A DNA stretch of 31,196 nt from an uncultured delta proteobacterium (GCA_963743305.1 CAVUPH010000041.1:1-31196); one strand, 5' to 3'. Shown: positions 8,176 to 17,058, numbered from the stretch's first letter. Notes: generated by a model not told the origin, from the sequence alone. Made by a program: numbers and translations.

Positions 8176-10859
8176 GGGTCCGCCAAGGTTGAGGGTTTAA
8201 GATAGCGTTCTTTAACATAGGCGATTTCATCGCTGCGGGTCAATACCTTTTCATTGATGCGGGCTTCCAGTAAATCGTTTAAGATAGTCTTAAATAGCGG
8301 GCTTGGAGATAAACCCAGTGACTTCAGGTCCTCCCCGCCCACGGAAAGCTTGATTCCTTTGAGCTTAGTGAAGAAAAGGGAGATGGCCTTGCGGGCGGCC
8401 TCCTGGTTGGTGCGAGCCATAAAGTACAAGAGGATCTCATTGGGAAAAGGAGAGAGTAAGGCATACACTTCAGACCGGGTTATTTTCTTTTTGCGGTTCA
8501 GGGTGATTAGGGCCTTTTCTCCTTCCCCTCGGCACAAGGAGACCAGTTCGACGACTCTCTTGGGCAAACCCAGGCGCTGCCGGATCCGATTCAGGTCGCT
8601 TAACGGCTGGGTCAGGGCTAAGAAGAAAACCAGCCAGCGCTGGCAGGATTCGTTCAAGTAAAGCAGATTGAACCAGGACAGGATGCGGCGGATTTCTTCC
8701 AGCAGAATTTCGGTTTTGGGGGATAAGACCAGGTCCGGGTCGATGGCCTGGAGGATTTTTAAATCCGCCAGGCGGCGAATGATCGGTAAGGGGTTTTCTT
8801 CGTTAAGGATCAGGTAAAACTCGGAAAAAATTCTTTTGGGCGCCAGTTTGTCAATCCCCCCGATCCGGAGGGCGTTTTCGATCAAGTTGGCCGTCAGTTT
8901 TCCGATCTTAAAACCGAAACGCTGCTCGAAGCGGACCGCTCGGAAAACCCGGGTCGGATCCTCAACGAAACTCAAGTTATGCAGGACGCGGAGGGTTTTT
9001 TCCTTGAGGTCCTTCTGCGCGCCGAAGAAATCAATCAGGATGCCGTAATGGCGGGCATTCAGTTTTACGGCCAGGGTGTTGATGGTGAAATCCCGCCGGT
9101 AGAGGTCCATCTTGACCGAACTGATTTCCACCACCGGCAGGGCGGCCGGCGATTCGTAATATTCCAGGCGGGCGGTGGCCACATCCACCTTGAAGCCGTC
9201 CGGAAAGATCAAAACGGCCGTTTTGAACTTGCTGTGGGTGCGGACCCGTACTTCAAAATGCTGGGCGAATTCCAGGGCGAATTTGATGCCGTCCCCTTCA
9301 ATGACTACATCGATATCCAGATTGTCGAATTTCAGGAAGAGATCTCGAACAAAGCCTCCCACCACATAGGCATTGTACCCCAACTGGTCGGCCACCTGCC
9401 CCAGAGATTTAAGAATCTCAATAACCCGGGTCTCGAGCCGTTCTTCCAGTAAATAGGCAATGTTTTTCTTCCGGACAAAGTGAGGGGCCTTGCGGGAGTC
9501 ATAGAGGTACTCCTGCATGGGGGGGCTGGCCATCAAGATGTTGAGCAGGTCGGTCCGAGTGATCACCCCCAGCACTTTTCCGTCCCGAACGACCGGCAGA
9601 ATCCGCTGCTTATTTTCCACGATGAATTCCTGAATCTGGAACAGGGAAGTTTCCGGATCGACGGTTGAAAATTCGGTGTGCATGTATTCACGGACGGACA
9701 GATCCTTAAGCCCATGAAAAATGGCCTTTTCCACTACCTGCCGGGACATCCAGCCCACCATTTTTTCATTTTCCATGACCAGCAGGACGTTGATGTTGTA
9801 GCGGGTCAGCAACTCGTTGGCATGCTCGATGGTTTCGCCCGGCAAAATCGACTTAACCGGATAGGTCATCATATCCCGGGCCTTGCGCAGGGGATTGATC
9901 CGGCTTTTAAGGTGCAGGAAGAGGGTGTCTTCCACCTGCACCATCGTCTGGTCCTTGACGGTGGCCGAAGCGGCAAAGGGATGCCCTCCGCCCCCGAAGG
10001 CCAACAGGATTTCCCCCACGTTGACTTCCCGCAGACGGCTGCGGGCCACGATATAGACGCGGTCCTCCATCCGGGCGATGGCAAACAGGCAGTGGAGATT
10101 TTCCATGTCCATCAGCTTATGGACCAGGACCGCGAAATCCCCGACGTAATTGTCCGTGGAGGCCTTGGCGACAACGATTTCCACGTTGTTGATCGTATGT
10201 TTGGTGGCCGATTCCAGAAGTTGGTTGAGCAGGGAAACCTGCTCGACGGTCAGTTCCCGGGTCAGCAGGTCGGAGATCAGATTCAGATTTGCACCCTGCT
10301 GGAGGAGGTAGGCGGCCGCCTGCAGGTCCTGGGTGGTGGTGGAGCCAAAGGTAAAGGAACCGGTGTCTTCGTAGATGCCCAGGGCCATGAGGGTGGCCTC
10401 CTCGGGAGTCAGGGGGATTTCCTTCTCTTCCAGGAGTTGGGTCATGATGGTCATGGTGGATCCGACCGCGCGGATGATTTCCAGGGATCCCTTGATCGCA
10501 CCGTCTACCAGGGGGTGGTGATCATAAATGTGGATTTCCAACCCCGGGTGATCCAAAATCTCGGCGAATTTTCCGATACGGTCCGGTTGGCGGGTGTCGA
10601 CCAGAATCAGTCGTTCGATTCGTTCCAGCGGGACCTGTTTCAGTTTGATGAAATTATAGAGGTAAACGGTGGATTGGAGGAAAAAATTGCGCAGGTTCTG
10701 CTCCTGGGAACCGGGGAAGACCAGCAGGGCCTCGGGATACAATTTCTTGGCGGCCAGCATGGAAGCCAGTCCGTCAAAGTCGGCGTTCAGGTGGGTGGTA
10801 ATTACCTGAAGGCCTCCGCTTTCGGGTATTTCGGACAAACCACGAGTCTGCACATCCAT
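8172..10859 (-). CDS. DHH/DHHA1-CBS-fused tRNA nucleotidyltransferase (probably A-adding type)
   Basis: HLNADFD, DHH, GGGGH, tandem CBS domains, VGGFVRD..DID, RRDFTIN, EDPTR. Start taken at ATG 10859, 7 nt after the xerD stop, rather than at 10901 inside xerD. Confidence 0.92.
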   Translation of the reverse strand: MDVQTRGLSEIPESGGLQVITTHLNADFDGLASMLAAKKLYPEALLVFPGSQEQNLRNFFLQSTVYLYNFIKLKQVPLERIERLILVDTRQPDRIGKFAEILDHPGLEIHIYDHHPLVDGAIKGSLEIIRAVGSTMTIMTQLLEEKEIPLTPEEATLMALGIYEDTGSFTFGSTTTQDLQAAAYLLQQGANLNLISDLLTRELTVEQVSLLNQLLESATKHTINNVEIVVAKASTDNYVGDFAVLVHKLMDMENLHCLFAIARMEDRVYIVARSRLREVNVGEILLAFGGGGHPFAASATVKDQTMVQVEDTLFLHLKSRINPLRKARDMMTYPVKSILPGETIEHANELLTRYNINVLLVMENEKMVGWMSRQVVEKAIFHGLKDLSVREYMHTEFSTVDPETSLFQIQEFIVENKQRILPVVRDGKVLGVITRTDLLNILMASPPMQEYLYDSRKAPHFVRKKNIAYLLEERLETRVIEILKSLGQVADQLGYNAYVVGGFVRDLFLKFDNLDIDVVIEGDGIKFALEFAQHFEVRVRTHSKFKTAVLIFPDGFKVDVATARLEYYESPAALPVVEISSVKMDLYRRDFTINTLAVKLNARHYGILIDFFGAQKDLKEKTLRVLHNLSFVEDPTRVFRAVRFEQRFGFKIGKLTANLIENALRIGGIDKLAPKRIFSEFYLILNEENPLPIIRRLADLKILQAIDPDLVLSPKTEILLEEIRRILSWFNLLYLNESCQRWLVFFLALTQPLSDLNRIRQRLGLPKRVVELVSLCRGEGEKALITLNRKKKITRSEVYALLSPFPNEILLYFMARTNQEAARKAISLFFTKLKGIKLSVGGEDLKSLGLSPSPLFKTILNDLLEARINEKVLTRSDEIAYVKERYLKPSTLADP

Positions 10860-10866
10860 GGGTAGT

Positions 10867-11757
10867 TTACGCTCGGGGATGATAGCGACGATAGACTTCA
10901 CGCAGGTGTTCGGAAGTTACCGAGGTGTAAATCTGAGTGGTGGAGATGTCCGCGTGACCCAGCAGGGTTTGAATGGACCGTAAATCCGCCCCCCCCTCCA
11001 GGAGATGAGTCGCAAAGGAATGCCGCAGGGTATGGGGAGAAATCGAGCGCTGGATACCGGCCTGTCGGCTGTATTGTTTCAAAATTTTCCAGAATCCCTG
11101 GCGGGTCAGGCGTCGGCCTCGATGGTTTAAAAAAACATAAGGAGAGGAACGTCCCTGAAGCAGGGGCTTCCTGCCGGAGGCCAAATACTCCCCCAATCGT
11201 CGGAGGGCCAGGGAACTGATGGGGATCAGCCGTTCCTTTGACCCTTTTCCCATGGCCCGAATCAATTGGCTTTCCAGCTCCAGTTGGTCCAGGGTCAGGG
11301 AAATAATCTCAGAGACCCTCAACCCGGCGGCATAGAGGACTTCCAGCATGGCCGCGTCCCGGAGGCCCCGGGGAGAGGTGCTTCGTGGCTGGTCCAGGAG
11401 TTTTTCCACCTCCATCCCGGAAAGGGTTTTGGGCAGGGTTCGCTTAGGTTTTGGGGATTGGAGGGGCAGGAGGGGATTGTCGGTCCGCAGTCCTTCTTCT
11501 TGTAAAAATCGATAAAAGGACCGAAGGGCTGAAAGGGCTCGGGCCTGGGAACGGCTGGAAAGGTCTCGGGCCCGAAGTTGTTTCAGATATTCGTACAGGG
11601 TATCGGTCTGAGTTTGCAACACGGAAGTGATCCCCTGTGTTTCCAGAAACCGCAGATATCCGATCAGGTCCCGACTATAAGATTCCAGCGTATTGGGAGA
11701 CAGTCCTTTTTCCACCCGCAGGAAATTGATAAAACGGTCGAGGAGTTCATCAAACAT
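10867..11757 (-). CDS. xerD: Tyrosine recombinase XerD
   Basis: LYAAGLRVSE, GKGSKER, HTLRHSFATHLLEGGADLRSIQTLLGHADISTTQIYT, TRQGFWKILK and C-terminal YHPRA, all typical of XerD. Confidence 0.93.
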   Translation of the reverse strand: MFDELLDRFINFLRVEKGLSPNTLESYSRDLIGYLRFLETQGITSVLQTQTDTLYEYLKQLRARDLSSRSQARALSALRSFYRFLQEEGLRTDNPLLPLQSPKPKRTLPKTLSGMEVEKLLDQPRSTSPRGLRDAAMLEVLYAAGLRVSEIISLTLDQLELESQLIRAMGKGSKERLIPISSLALRRLGEYLASGRKPLLQGRSSPYVFLNHRGRRLTRQGFWKILKQYSRQAGIQRSISPHTLRHSFATHLLEGGADLRSIQTLLGHADISTTQIYTSVTSEHLREVYRRYHPRA

Positions 11758-11763
11758 TCAAAA

Positions 11764-11792
11764 TTAATAGCAAATTTAGTCGGCTCTGTCAA
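11764..11792 (-). promoter_or_regulatory. sigma70-like promoter of xerD
   Basis: TTGACA-17 nt-TATTAA with an extended TGn; the -10 box ends 7 nt before the ATG. Confidence 0.55.
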
Positions 11793-11920
11793 GGTCCGAT
11801 ATGGGCTGAGGATTGAAAACCCTTGACAGCTCGAATACTTCCGGTCCATTTTAGAGTAAGTCCCCCTGCCCGGGGCATGGGAACCCGCGAAGCAAGGAAA
11901 AGGGGGAAATATAACAGCCT

Positions 11921-11967
11921 AATTGATATTAATAATTAATAATCAATTGTTAATTATTAATCGTTAA
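11921..11967. repeat. AT-rich heptamer array containing a perfect 12-bp inverted repeat
   Basis: AATTAAT AATCAAT TGTTAAT TATTAAT CGTTAAT units; ATTAATAATTAA (11928-11939) - 10 nt - TTAATTATTAAT (11950-11961). Confidence 0.65.
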
Positions 11968-12014
11968 TGAATGCCAGAGAGGCACCGAGTTTATTTTCGG
12001 TTTAAGGGGTTGCC

Positions 12015-12803
12015 ATGATTGAACCGCACTTGAAATATGCCGTTGAAGGGACCACGGCCCTTATTACCCTGAACCGCCCCGGGGTTAAAAATGCCTTTAG
12101 TATGGAAATGTTGACCCTTTGGCGTCAAGCCCTGGAACAGGCCCGGGACGATGACCGGGTTCAGGTTATCATCCTGACCGGCCAGGGGGATGCCTTCTGC
12201 GCCGGGGGAGATCTCCAGGACATGGATCGGGGCAAATTTAGGGGCTGGGACATGAAACGCTTCCTCTGGGAAACGGTTTATCCCGTGGCCTTTATTATGG
12301 AATCCCTGGACAAACCGGTTATTGCCGCTGTCAATGGGGCGGCGGCCGGGGCTGGGCTGGACATGGCCCTCATGTGCGACTTCCGGATTTGCTCCAATAG
12401 TGCCAAGTTTTCGGCTTCCTTTATCAATATCGGGTTACTGGCCGGGGACGGGGGGGCCTATTTTCTTCCCCGCCTGGTCGGCTTGCCCCAGGCCCTGGAA
12501 ATTCTGCTGACCGGGGATCTGGTTTCGGCGGAGGAGGCCTATCGAATCGGTCTGGTCAACCGGGTGGTTCCCCGGGAACACCTGATGAGGGAGACCCGAC
12601 AATTGGCCGAAAAGCTGGCCTCCAAGCCGCCTCAGGCGGTCCGGATGATGAAACGATCGGTTTATCAGGGCCTGAACAGCAGCCTACGGGGCCATCTGGA
12701 TTTCGTCTCCTCCCAACTGGGCCTCTTAACCCAGACCCACGACCATCAAGAGGCGGTTAAGGCCTTCCTGGAAAAAAGAAAACCGGTCTTTACGGGCGAT
12801 TAG
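12015..12803 (+). CDS. Enoyl-CoA hydratase/isomerase (crotonase family, PaaG-like)
   Basis: ITLNRP..KNA, AFCAGGDL, KPVIAAVNGAAAGAG, AFLEKRKPVFTG. Confidence 0.93.
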   Translation: MIEPHLKYAVEGTTALITLNRPGVKNAFSMEMLTLWRQALEQARDDDRVQVIILTGQGDAFCAGGDLQDMDRGKFRGWDMKRFLWETVYPVAFIMESLDKPVIAAVNGAAAGAGLDMALMCDFRICSNSAKFSASFINIGLLAGDGGAYFLPRLVGLPQALEILLTGDLVSAEEAYRIGLVNRVVPREHLMRETRQLAEKLASKPPQAVRMMKRSVYQGLNSSLRGHLDFVSSQLGLLTQTHDHQEAVKAFLEKRKPVFTGD

Positions 12804-12810
12804 CGACAAT

Positions 12811-15699
12811 ATGCAACGTTTTTTAGCCAGTCTGAAGAAAACACCACTGGGTGAGGGGATCGTCCACCATCAGACCATTCCGGCCCGGCCGGCGCATTTC
12901 GGTCGACTCTCTTATTCGCTGCCTGGGATTTTGAGCCGGGCCCTGGAGCAAAAGGGTGTTTCCCGCCTTTACAGCCACCAGGTGGAGGCCCTGGAAGCGA
13001 TCCATCAGGGTCGGCATACCATTGTAGCCACCCCCACGGCCAGCGGCAAGACCCTGATCTATGCCCTGTCCTGCCTGGAACAGCTTCTGGCCGATCCTGA
13101 CTCCAAGGCTTTGTTCCTTTTCCCGATTAAGGCCCTGGAACAGGACCAGCGTAAGGCCATGGAGGAATGGGCCTCCTTTTTTCCAGACCGTCCCCAGGGG
13201 CTATCGGCCATCTACGACGGCGACACTCCCCCGAGTGATCGCAAGAAAATCCGCCAGAAGCCGCCGCCGATCGTGATTTCCAACCCCGATATGCTTCATC
13301 TGGGGCTCTTGCCTTTTCACGAGAGTTGGAAGGAATTTTTTAAAAACCTGCGCTGGGTGGTCATCGATGAGGCCCACACCTACAAAGGGATCCTGGGCAG
13401 TCACGTGGTCCAGATCATCCGGCGTCTGAAACGGATCTGCCGGCTCTACGGGAGCGATCCCCGCTTTATCCTCTGTTCGGCCACCATCGCCCGTCCGGAG
13501 CACTTCTCCCAGGCCCTGGCCGGCATGCCCTTCCAGGTGGTGGCTTCCAGCGGCTTCCCCTCACCGGGCAAACACTTCCTCTTCATCAACCCCGACATCA
13601 GTCCGGCCGTGGTCGCTTCCCGGCTATTCAGCCACTGCCTGGCCAAAGGGAAAAAGACCATTCTCTTCAGCCAGGGCCGACGTCAGACGGAATTGATTCA
13701 CAAATGGGTGGAGCAGATGGCCCCGGCCTTGAAAGGCCGGATCAGCTCGTACCGGGCCGGATTCCTGCCGGAGGAGCGGCGAACGATAGAACGGAAGTTG
13801 TCTTCCGGGGAATTGCTGGGGGTGATCTCCACCAGCGCCCTGGAAATGGGTATCGACATCGGCTCCCTGGATGTTTGTATCCTGGTCGGCTATCCGGGCA
13901 GCATCATCAACACCTGGCAGCGGGGCGGCCGGGTGGGTCGGTCCCAGCAGGAATCGACAATATTTTTTGTGGCCCAGCCGGACGCCCTGGACCAGTATTT
14001 CATCCGCCATCCGGAGAACTTCTTTGAACGGGGCTTTGAAGCGGCCGTAGTGGATCCGGGCAACAGCCCGATCCTCAAAGCTCACCTGACCTGCGCCGCG
14101 GCCGAGCTGCCTCTGTCCCGGGAGGACCCCTTTTTTACCGCGGAGCGCTGCGGTCCGGAAATATCCGCCCTGGAGAAGGAGGGCAAGCTGCTGCGGAATG
14201 CCGCGGGAGACGGCTGGATCTCGTCCCGTAAAAAGCCGCACCGGGAGGTCAACATCCGCTCCCTGGGCGAGTCCTTTACCATCATGGAAGGGCGGAAGGG
14301 AAGGGTCGTCGGGACCCTGGACCGGCTGCGGGCCTTTCGCGAGTGCCACCCCGGGGCCATCTATCTCCACCGGGCCGTTCAGTTTCTGGTGGAGGAACTC
14401 GACCTCTTCGAAAAGAATGTCTATGTCAAGCCCAGGGAGGTCACCTATTACACCCGGATCCTGGCCCAGAAGGAAACGGAAATCATCGAGAAGGAAAAGG
14501 TCCGACCGGTCGGGAATTTCCTGATTAACTTCGGCCGGGTATTAGTCACCGAAACCTTCACCAGTTATGAAAAGCGGGCTATTTACGGCCAGGAGCTGTT
14601 GGGGACCTATCCGCTGGAGTTGCCTTCCCAGACCTTCGAGACCCGCGGTTTGTGGATCGAGGTGGAAGGAGCGCTGCAGGAACAGCTCCTGGCCGGCCAT
14701 TTCCAGGTTATGGGTAGCCTCCATGCTCTGGAGCATGCGGCCATCAGTATGTTTCCCCTTTATGCCCTCTGCGATCGGGGCGACATCGGCGGAATCTGCT
14801 ACGTGCATCATCCCCAGGTGGAAAAGGGCGCTATTTTTATCTATGACGGGGTTCCCGGCGGCGTCGGGCTGGCCGAAAGGGGCTTCGAGATCATCGAAGA
14901 CCTCCTCCAACGGACCATCGATCTGATCGCCGAGTGCGATTGCGAGGAAGGCTGCCCGTCCTGCATTCACTCTCCTCAGTGCGGCTCGGGCAATAAACCC
15001 TTGGACAAGCCGGGAGCCCAACATCTGGCCCGCCTGCTGCTGGGACACGTTGCCTTGACGGCGCCTGTGACCCCGGAGAAGGATTTTATCTTGAGCCCTT
15101 TGGCTGCGCTGCCGGGCCGGGAACCGGAACCGCCCCGTTTGGGTATCTTTGATCTGGAAACCCAGCGTTTGGCCGACGAGGTGGGCGGCTGGGGAAACAC
15201 CCATCTGATGCGTTTGTCGGTGGGGGTGGTTTATGACTCCCGGGAAAATCGCTTTTTTGATTATCAGGAAAGTCAAGTGAACGCCCTGATCGAACATTTA
15301 AAGCAATGCGATCTTCTGGTCGGCTTCAATGTCAAGCGATTTGACTATGGTGTGCTGAAGGCCTATTCTACCTATGATTTTAAAGGGTTCCCCACGCTGG
15401 ATCTCCTGGAGGACGTCTATCAGTGTCTCGGGTTTCGGCTGAGTCTGGACCACCTGGCCCAAAAAACCCTGGGGGTTCAGAAGAGCGGGGACGGTCTTCT
15501 GGCGGTTCGCTATTTTCGGGAAGGGAAGCTGAAGGAACTGACCAATTATTGCCGGCAGGATGTGGAGATCACCAAATCCCTGTTTGAATTCGGCCGGCGG
15601 GAAGGCCATCTGCTGTTTGAAACCCGGGATCGTCAGGCGGTCCGGGTCCCGGTGGACTGGAGCCCGGAGCGAATCAGGAAATTGGCCAAATCCTCTTGA
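12811..15699 (+). CDS. Hrq1/MrfA(YprA)-family DEAH helicase with DUF1998, fused to a C-terminal DEDD (MrfB/YprB-like) exonuclease
   Basis: TPTASGKT, DEAH, SAT and QRGGRVGR helicase motifs; DUF1998 cysteines LCD...CDCEEGCPSCI; exonuclease motifs FDLET, GFNVKRFD, YCRQD. Confidence 0.92.
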   Translation: MQRFLASLKKTPLGEGIVHHQTIPARPAHFGRLSYSLPGILSRALEQKGVSRLYSHQVEALEAIHQGRHTIVATPTASGKTLIYALSCLEQLLADPDSKALFLFPIKALEQDQRKAMEEWASFFPDRPQGLSAIYDGDTPPSDRKKIRQKPPPIVISNPDMLHLGLLPFHESWKEFFKNLRWVVIDEAHTYKGILGSHVVQIIRRLKRICRLYGSDPRFILCSATIARPEHFSQALAGMPFQVVASSGFPSPGKHFLFINPDISPAVVASRLFSHCLAKGKKTILFSQGRRQTELIHKWVEQMAPALKGRISSYRAGFLPEERRTIERKLSSGELLGVISTSALEMGIDIGSLDVCILVGYPGSIINTWQRGGRVGRSQQESTIFFVAQPDALDQYFIRHPENFFERGFEAAVVDPGNSPILKAHLTCAAAELPLSREDPFFTAERCGPEISALEKEGKLLRNAAGDGWISSRKKPHREVNIRSLGESFTIMEGRKGRVVGTLDRLRAFRECHPGAIYLHRAVQFLVEELDLFEKNVYVKPREVTYYTRILAQKETEIIEKEKVRPVGNFLINFGRVLVTETFTSYEKRAIYGQELLGTYPLELPSQTFETRGLWIEVEGALQEQLLAGHFQVMGSLHALEHAAISMFPLYALCDRGDIGGICYVHHPQVEKGAIFIYDGVPGGVGLAERGFEIIEDLLQRTIDLIAECDCEEGCPSCIHSPQCGSGNKPLDKPGAQHLARLLLGHVALTAPVTPEKDFILSPLAALPGREPEPPRLGIFDLETQRLADEVGGWGNTHLMRLSVGVVYDSRENRFFDYQESQVNALIEHLKQCDLLVGFNVKRFDYGVLKAYSTYDFKGFPTLDLLEDVYQCLGFRLSLDHLAQKTLGVQKSGDGLLAVRYFREGKLKELTNYCRQDVEITKSLFEFGRREGHLLFETRDRQAVRVPVDWSPERIRKLAKSS

Positions 15700-15732
15700 C
15701 AAAAAGGCCGGCCGTGTTAATAAACAAAAATT

Positions 15733-15838
15733 CACCGCAAAGGCGCAAAGGACGCAAAGGGGATTTTATTTTTTCAATTACCGCCGTCGGCGGAAATTGA
15801 AAGTAATTAATCTTTGCGCCCTTTGCGCCTTTGCGGTG
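15733..15838. repeat. 106-bp inverted-repeat element built from CGCAAAG units
   Basis: CACCGCAAAGGCGCAAAGGACGCAAAG (15733-15759) versus CTTTGCGCCCTTTGCGCCTTTGCGGTG (15812-15838), one mismatch. Inner palindrome TTTCAATTaCCGCCGtCGGCGGaAATTGAAA (15772-15802). Confidence 0.9.
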
Positions 15839-15862
15839 CGCTAATTCTTTTGGAGGTTCGGA

Positions 15863-16243
15863 ATGCCCATATACGAGTACGAATGCGCGGACTGCCGCCG
15901 AAAACAATCCTTTCTGATCATGAACCCGACGCGGGAGCTGCCCGAACTGCGTTGCAAGAAGTGCGGCGGTTCCAATCTAAACCGTCTGGTTTCCCGGGTC
16001 AATGTAGTCAAGTCCGAAGAAGCCCGGATGGAGAGCCTGGCCGACCCGTCAAAACTGGGCGGACTGGACGAAAACGACCCCAAAAGCATGGCTCGCTGGA
16101 TGAAAAAAATGGGTAAGGAAATGGGGGAGGAGATGGGGGAGGATTTCGATCAGATGGTGGATGAGGCCATGGATGGGGCTGAAGGGGGGGAAAGCCCAGG
16201 CGGCGAGGGCGGAGGCATGGGTGGGTTTGACGACGATCTTTAG
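15863..16243 (+). CDS. FmdB-family zinc-ribbon protein with an acidic tail
   Basis: MPIYEYECADC...CKKCGG (CxxC/CxxC); GGAGG RBS. Confidence 0.92.
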   Translation: MPIYEYECADCRRKQSFLIMNPTRELPELRCKKCGGSNLNRLVSRVNVVKSEEARMESLADPSKLGGLDENDPKSMARWMKKMGKEMGEEMGEDFDQMVDEAMDGAEGGESPGGEGGGMGGFDDDL

Positions 16244-16328
16244 GGAACGGCCCTTGCTTCAAGAAAAGAGGGAAGATGGATGAGGGAGGCGAAAAACCTT
16301 TTCTAACCTCTTCAACCCCTGCCTCCAT

Positions 16329-16353
16329 GTAGCACAGCCGCCCCCGGCTGTGC
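16329..16353 (+). repeat. GTAG-headed REP-like palindrome
   Basis: GTA-GCACAGCCG-CCCC-CGGCTGTGC. Confidence 0.6.
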
Positions 16354-16380
16354 CCCCTCTCAGGAATTTTTCAGCATCTA

Positions 16381-16417
16381 TATAAAAACCCGCACCAAGC
16401 GGGTGCGGGTTTTTATA
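16381..16417. terminator. Bidirectional intrinsic terminator
   Basis: Perfect 16-bp inverted repeat TATAAAAACCCGCACC-aagcg-GGTGCGGGTTTTTATA between the convergent fmdB-like and vapC genes. Confidence 0.85.
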
Positions 16418-16826
16418 TCCAGAGTATCTGGATTTCTTTCTCCAGTTGCTTGAACTCTGGATCGCCGGTGACCACCGGGCAATGGTGGATTTTGGCCAGG
16501 GCGGCGGCAAAACAATCGGCGTAGGCTAGCCGGTACCGGGCTTTGAAGGAGGCCGCTTGGCGGGTCAAGGGCCAGTCGGCCCCTGTGGTTTTAAACCCCA
16601 GTCGTACTATTTCATCCACGGCCTGGTCGGCCGCTTTCTCCGAGCGGGACCGGGCCAGGCTGTACCAGATCTCTCCCAGGTTTATGACAGATATCAGCAA
16701 ACGACCTCGGGATTCATTGGCCTGAGTGATCAAGTCTTCCACTTTTCCGGCGGATGGTTCATCCTCCAGAAAGGCCAGCAGCGCCCAACTATCGAATACC
16801 CTCGGTGCCCCGGAAACTTCAGACAT
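16413..16826 (-). CDS. vapC: PIN-domain toxin (VapC family)
   Basis: VFDSWA, NLGE, YADCFAAALA and VVTGDPEF acidic tetrad; overlaps the antitoxin by 8 nt. Confidence 0.92.
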   Translation of the reverse strand: MSEVSGAPRVFDSWALLAFLEDEPSAGKVEDLITQANESRGRLLISVINLGEIWYSLARSRSEKAADQAVDEIVRLGFKTTGADWPLTRQAASFKARYRLAYADCFAAALAKIHHCPVVTGDPEFKQLEKEIQILWI

Positions 16827-17043
16827 CTCGTTCTTTTTCCCGTTCTTCCCTCAGTATTTTGAGTGCCCCCGACCCTTTGAACAATCCCCGGGCCTTTCGA
16901 ATGGTCTCACGGGTAACCGGATAAAGGACGATCCGCCCTTTCTCCTCATAGACTTGGATCCGAGTCCCTCCCTGGATATGGTACTTTCGACGCAGGGCGG
17001 CCGGAATGACTATCTGTCCTTTGATGGTAGCACGTGTTTCCAT
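16819..17043 (-). CDS. vapB: AbrB/MazE/SpoVT-family antitoxin
   Basis: KGQIVIPAALRRKYHIQGG motif, 74 aa, directly upstream of the PIN toxin. Confidence 0.9.
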   Translation of the reverse strand: METRATIKGQIVIPAALRRKYHIQGGTRIQVYEEKGRIVLYPVTRETIRKARGLFKGSGALKILREEREKERDV

Positions 17044-17058
17044 AGTATACCTTCAGTA

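Noticed and set aside
9678-10865. 395-aa plus-strand ORF, plus other long antisense ORFs such as 4062..4943, 13624..14370, 14542..15297 and 23328..24044
   Set aside because: Each lies opposite a well-supported gene and has no recognisable motifs; such shadow ORFs are expected in GC-rich coding DNA.
10867-11757. Tyrosine recombinase as a prophage or island integrase
   Set aside because: The sequence is canonical XerD embedded in a housekeeping operon; no att or dif site was seen nearby.
12811-15699. DUF1998 helicase as a DISARM or Druantia defence component
   Set aside because: The architecture matches the Hrq1/MrfA family, and there is no methylase, DrmA/DrmC or Druantia partner gene alongside.
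15733-15838. CRISPR array or IS ends
   Set aside because: The repeats are inverted short tandem units without unique spacers; there are no cas genes, transposase or evident target duplication.
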